DNA from: Octopus bimaculoides
Lineage: Eukaryota
Direction of reading: 5' to 3'
Assembly: GCF_001194135.2 (NCBI RefSeq)
Contig: NC_068990.1
Span: forward strand, 57,804,460 to 57,843,939
Length of the DNA: 39,480 nucleotides
Below, piece by piece: positions 34,698-39,480 of the stretch. The translations under genes and the position numbers were made by a program. The notes beneath the pieces are model-generated. The model did no database searches and was not told where the DNA came from. It worked only from the letters and a program-made list of their open reading frames with translations. The stretch's first letter is position 1; the number at the start of each line of letters is the position of its first letter.

Positions 34698-37149
34698 GCA
34701 CACACACACACACTTTTAAATACACCCATATATGTATATTTGTGTGTATGCGTGTGTATATGTGTGTGTAACTATTTGCAATATCCAATAGAATTTAGGT
34801 ATTTTAATAACAGACACCAAAGTACACATTCTCTCAACTGGCAACGTGATGAGAGCTAATATGCATTTTGTTCCCTTCCCGTGAAAAATCCTAAAAGTTA
34901 ATTTTAATTTTAATTGTAATTCACCTTCAGCAAACGCTATTTTTTTTTTACATGATGTAATTGATTTGTTTATCAAAAACAAAAACACCTCTGAAACAGC
35001 TGTAATGAACTTCGGCCCATTAGTGTTATTATACATATATATATATATANNNNNNNNNNNNNNNNNNNNNNNNNNNNNNNNNNNNNNNNNNNNNNNNNNN
35101 NNNNNNNNNNNNNNNNNNNNNNNNNNNNNNNNNNNNNNNNNNNNNNNNNNNNNNNNNNNNNNNNNNNNNNNNNNNNNNNNNNNNNNNNNNNNNNNNNNNN
35201 NNNNNATATATATACATATATACTGTCTCTTCTCACTACTAGTCGTCTCCCAACCATTTCCCTCCTCTATTCTACACCATGCCTTTTTCTTTCCCCTCTC
35301 AGTTACTCTAAAATATAATCTGAGAGTGCATATGTTTCTCTGTTTATGCATAGACCTATGTCTGTTTGTAAAAGACTATGTACGCTTGTAAAATTCTACG
35401 TGTATGCTGCCTTGTTTTAAACAAAATATAAGTAAATATTCCTCTAACCCACTCTATACACACACACACATATGTATACATATNNNNNNNNNNNNNNNNN
35501 NNNNNNNNNNNNNNNNNNNNNNNNNNNNNNNNNNNNNNNNNNNNNNNNNNNNNNNNNNNNNNNNNNNNNNNNNNNNNNNNNNNNNNNNNNNNNNNNNNNN
35601 NNNNNNNNNNNNNNNNNNNNNNNNNNNNNNNNNNNNNNNNNNNNNNNNNNNNNNNNNNNNNNNNNNNNNNNNNNNNNNNNNNNNNNNNNNNNNNNNNNNN
35701 NNNNNNNNNNNNNNNNNNNNNNNNNNNNNNNNNNNNNNNNNNNNNNNNNNNNNNNNNNNNNNNNNNNNNNNNNNNNNNNNNNNNNNNNNNNNNNNNNNNN
35801 NNNNNNNNNNNNNNNNNNNNNNNNNNNNNNNNNNNNNNNNNNNNNNNNNNNNNNNNNNNNNNNNNNNNNNNNNNNNNNNNNNNNNNNNNNNNNNNNNNNN
35901 NNNNNNNNNNNNNNNNNNNNNNNNNNNNNNNNNNNNNNNNNNNNNNNNNNNNNNNNNNNNNNNNNNNNNNNNNNNNNNNNNNNNNNNNNNNNNNNNNNNN
36001 NNNNNNNNNNNNNNNNNNNNNNNNNNNNNNNNNNNNNNNNNNNNNNNNNNNNNNNNNNNNNNNNNNNNNNNNNNNNNNNNNNNNNNNNNNNNNNNNNNNN
36101 NNNNNNNNNNNNNNNNNNNNNNNNNNNNNNNNNNNNNNNNNNNNNNNNNNNNNNNNNNNNNNNNNNNNNNNNNNNNNNNNNNNNNNNNNNNNNNNNNNNN
36201 NNNNNNNNNNNNNNNNNNNNNNNNNNNNNNNNNNNNNNNNNNNNNNNNNNNNNNNNNNNNNNNNNNNNNNNNNNNNNNNNNNNNNNNNNNNNNNNNNNNN
36301 NNNNNNNNNNNNNNNNNNNNNNNNNNNNNNNNNNNNNNNNNNNNNNNNNNNNNNNNNNNNNNNNNNNNNNNNNNNNNNNNNNNNNNNNNNNNNNNNNNNN
36401 NNNNNNNNNNNNNNNNNNNNNNNNNNNNNNNNNNNNNNNNNNNNNNNNNNNNNNNNNGCATGCACATTTGCCAGTATCGTCGAATTTACAACAGGAATAT
36501 CATACCGATGAAGTAATGAAGAGTTTTTATGCTCCTAAACCAGAAACATGTCTATGATTAACTATGGCTAGTTTAGTTCGTTATTTTTCTTCTTGTTTTG
36601 CCTATGTGAGTTGCGCGTAACTGCTATATGTTGGAGTTTCAGCATTTTTAGCTGCTATTTCTGAACTTCGGTATGAGGGGAAAGAAAAAGGCATGGTGTA
36701 GAATAGAGGAGGGAAATGGTTGGGAGACGACTAGTAGTGAGAAGAGACAGTAAGTTGAAGGGGGATAATATTAGTGAATCAGACAGATGAGAAACAACAT
36801 ACTAGCATCCACAGTGAGTAACTAGTAGATGTATTGGTAGATACCATGTTAAACGGGATCAAGTTGATAAGGATATAAAGCATGGGAGCGGTGAGTTGAG
36901 AGATAGAGTGAACTTTGTGGGTCAGGAATGGCAATATAGATAGAAATATGGATGAGATAGAAAAGATGGGGGTGTACGGGAATATTGAGAGAGAAAGACT
37001 GAGTGAAAGAGAGAGAAGGAGAATGAGAAAGAAAAAGAGGGAGAATAAGTCCGTGCGCGGATGTGTGTACGTTGTTGGTGATGGTGGAAGGTGGGTTTGC
37101 ACTAGAAGAATGACAAAAGAAGGCGAGGGGGTCGCGTGCATATATGTGC

Positions 37150-37198
<49 letters not shown>

Positions 37199-37284
37199 TA
37201 CACACACACACACACATACACACAATATATATATATATATATTATATATTACATATATATAGATATATATAGCATATATATTAC

Positions 37285-37319
<35 letters not shown>

Positions 37320-37952
37320 CATGCACACATAGAGAGAAAACGGTAGATAGATAGACAAGCAGAAAGACATCGATAGACAGATACATGTGTGTGTCTATAT
37401 GTGTATGTGTGTGTAAACAGACAGAAAGAGAGAATGGGAGAGAGCTCAGCGATATAAAGAGTAGTCCATAAAAAGGATGGGCAGATTGATATATAGATAG
37501 ACAGAGGGGTGAGGAGGGAAAATTTGATAGATTGAGAGGAAGCAGTAGATGAGTGGCAATGAATCATTTGAATGAGAGATGGTTTAATATATAAACTGTG
37601 ACTGAGAGATAGATAGATCAATAGATAAATTAAAAGCCATTTAGAGAGAGGAAGAAAGAGGTAAAATGGTAAATGGGATGATGTGGGGAGGTGGAAATGA
37701 CAAACATAAATGCACTAATAGTATTCGCATAGTTGCAAGTTTCATTATTATAATGTAAAAGACAGTGAGCGTAAAAGAGGAGAAAAACGAGCGAGTCAGA
37801 CTTAAAGAGAGTTCGAGGAAATTCAGGGAAGAACTAATAGAAATATGTGTTTGGGGGTCTATAGAATAGTATTTGGGAGTAACTAGTAACTGTTAGTTAG
37901 TGTATTTAGTGGGAGGTAGAGAGACACAAGTGAAAAAGGAAAGGTTTTAGCT

Positions 37953-38008
<56 letters not shown>

Positions 38009-38077
38009 NNNNNNNNNNNNNNNNNNNNNNNNNNNNNNNNNNNNNNNNNNNNNNNNNNNNNNNNNNNNNNNNNNNNN

Positions 38078-38116
<39 letters not shown>

Positions 38117-38299
38117 TATATAATAATATAAATAATATATATTTATATGCATATATCCATACATATATCTACTTACCGACATCTATATGTACGAATACAA
38201 GCATATATGGGTACAGAACATCACAAAAAACGTTAAACACAATGAGAAACGAAAAACGAAAACATAAAGACGAAGACAGAAAACGAACTTTTTAAAAAG

Positions 38300-38331
<32 letters not shown>

Positions 38332-39005
38332 CAACTATATGCAAGTGAGTGTGTGCTTGTGTTTGTGTACATGTGTGTATGCGTATGTGTACACAAACAC
38401 GAGCACACATACATTGGCATTTAACAAAATTTAGATATGAGAAATGATTCAGTATAGCCAGTGTTATGCATGTGGATAACATAGACAAATATAGACATAT
38501 CAAATACCATCCAACATAAATTCTTGGTATACTGAAATTATTTCTGACTATAAAGGATGTGCCACAATGACAAAATGGCAACTGAGACCATATTTATATG
38601 AGAACGGGGATTATCCCCAGAATAAAGAATTTTCCATATTTGATATGCCAGTAACAAGTCAGATTATATGTGTATGTGTGTGAGTATGTTTGTTATGTGC
38701 CTATATATAAAATTTTTAAATATCCAATGCAAGGAACAGCATAAAATAAAAAATACAAGAAAGTTCACAACTTCTTTTGTGATATAACTAATTTAATTAT
38801 ACTAAAATATTTTAAAAGAATAATATATTTCCAAAATTCATTGTTACACACTGGTTTCATTTCGAATGGTAGATAATCTTTGTAATTTATATGTATAGCT
38901 GTTTACTCGTGTACAGTGATTATTCTCGCATTAGTACGAAAACTGGAACGTATGAAGGCTTCAACAAGTAGATTAACACTTGATCAGCTAAGAGAATACA
39001 GAAAA

Positions 39006-39087
39006 CATTAAAATGAAAACCACAAGTCTTCTGAAATACAGCTACCCAGGGTTTTTCCGTCAACAAATCAATTTGTTTCACCATTTT
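39006..39087. mobile_element. Solo arm remnant of the 15066-15417 foldback family
   Basis: aatgaaaaccacaagtcttctgaaatacagctacccagggtttt matches the reverse complement of the right arm (aatgaaaaccaccagtctcgtgaaatacagctacccagagtttt). Confidence 0.7.
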
Positions 39088-39423
39088 ACTAACAGATAAA
39101 AACAAGACGTTTGTCAGCCGCGTCCAAAGCTGTTGGTATTTGAATGCTAACGTTCATATAGCAATAGACGGAAAGAAATGTAGAGAGAAAAATACAAGGG
39201 AAATAACCAATGTTACAACAAACATTGTGTGTCAAAAATATGTAAACCAGATTGGAATGGTTTAAGACGAATCTATATTTAATTTCCGCCAAGATGTATT
39301 TTTTTAACATGTACACATAAAGTTATACACAGTCATTTTCGAACATATCGAACATCATTTTGACTCGTTAATATAGGTTTGGTCTTGGAAAGGATTTTCC
39401 ATTTCATGTGGTAGTCAACTCAC

Positions 39424-39480
<57 letters not shown>

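Noticed and set aside
39096-39135. tactaacag acceptor plus gtattt donor defining a 40 nt micro-exon
   Set aside because: It directly adjoins a MITE remnant and the peptide is unrecognised, so it may be chance.

Overview
This is eukaryotic, AT-rich, microsatellite-dense, mostly non-coding DNA. Roughly 15% is N gaps, nearly all flanked by (TA)n/(CA)n/(GA)n, as in a short-read assembly. The repeat repertoire resembles what I recall of octopod (Octopus-like) genomes; this is an inference, not a database result. No complete protein-coding gene, RNA gene or CRISPR array is supportable, and almost all ORFs in the supplied track are artefacts of microsatellites, N runs or antisense LINE frames. Supportable content: (1) a decayed ~2.2 kb L1/Tx1-type LINE on the minus strand (RT motifs QGCPLS and YADD, C-terminal CCHC finger); (2) about 15 tRNA-derived SINE copies or fragments from several families with shuffled head/body/tail modules; (3) Tc1/mariner remnants and several inverted-repeat (MITE/foldback) elements; (4) an RTE-like LINE 3' end with a C2H2 finger; (5) several short Penelope-type remnants carrying minimal hammerhead-ribozyme-like motifs. 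A few weak candidate exons may mean the window is intronic. The most interesting signals are the hammerhead-like motifs, the long foldback palindromes (potential dsRNA), a ~550 bp element bounded by (AAT)n on both sides, and a dimeric SINE whose internal tail resembles the 3' end of the Tx1-type LINE in this window.
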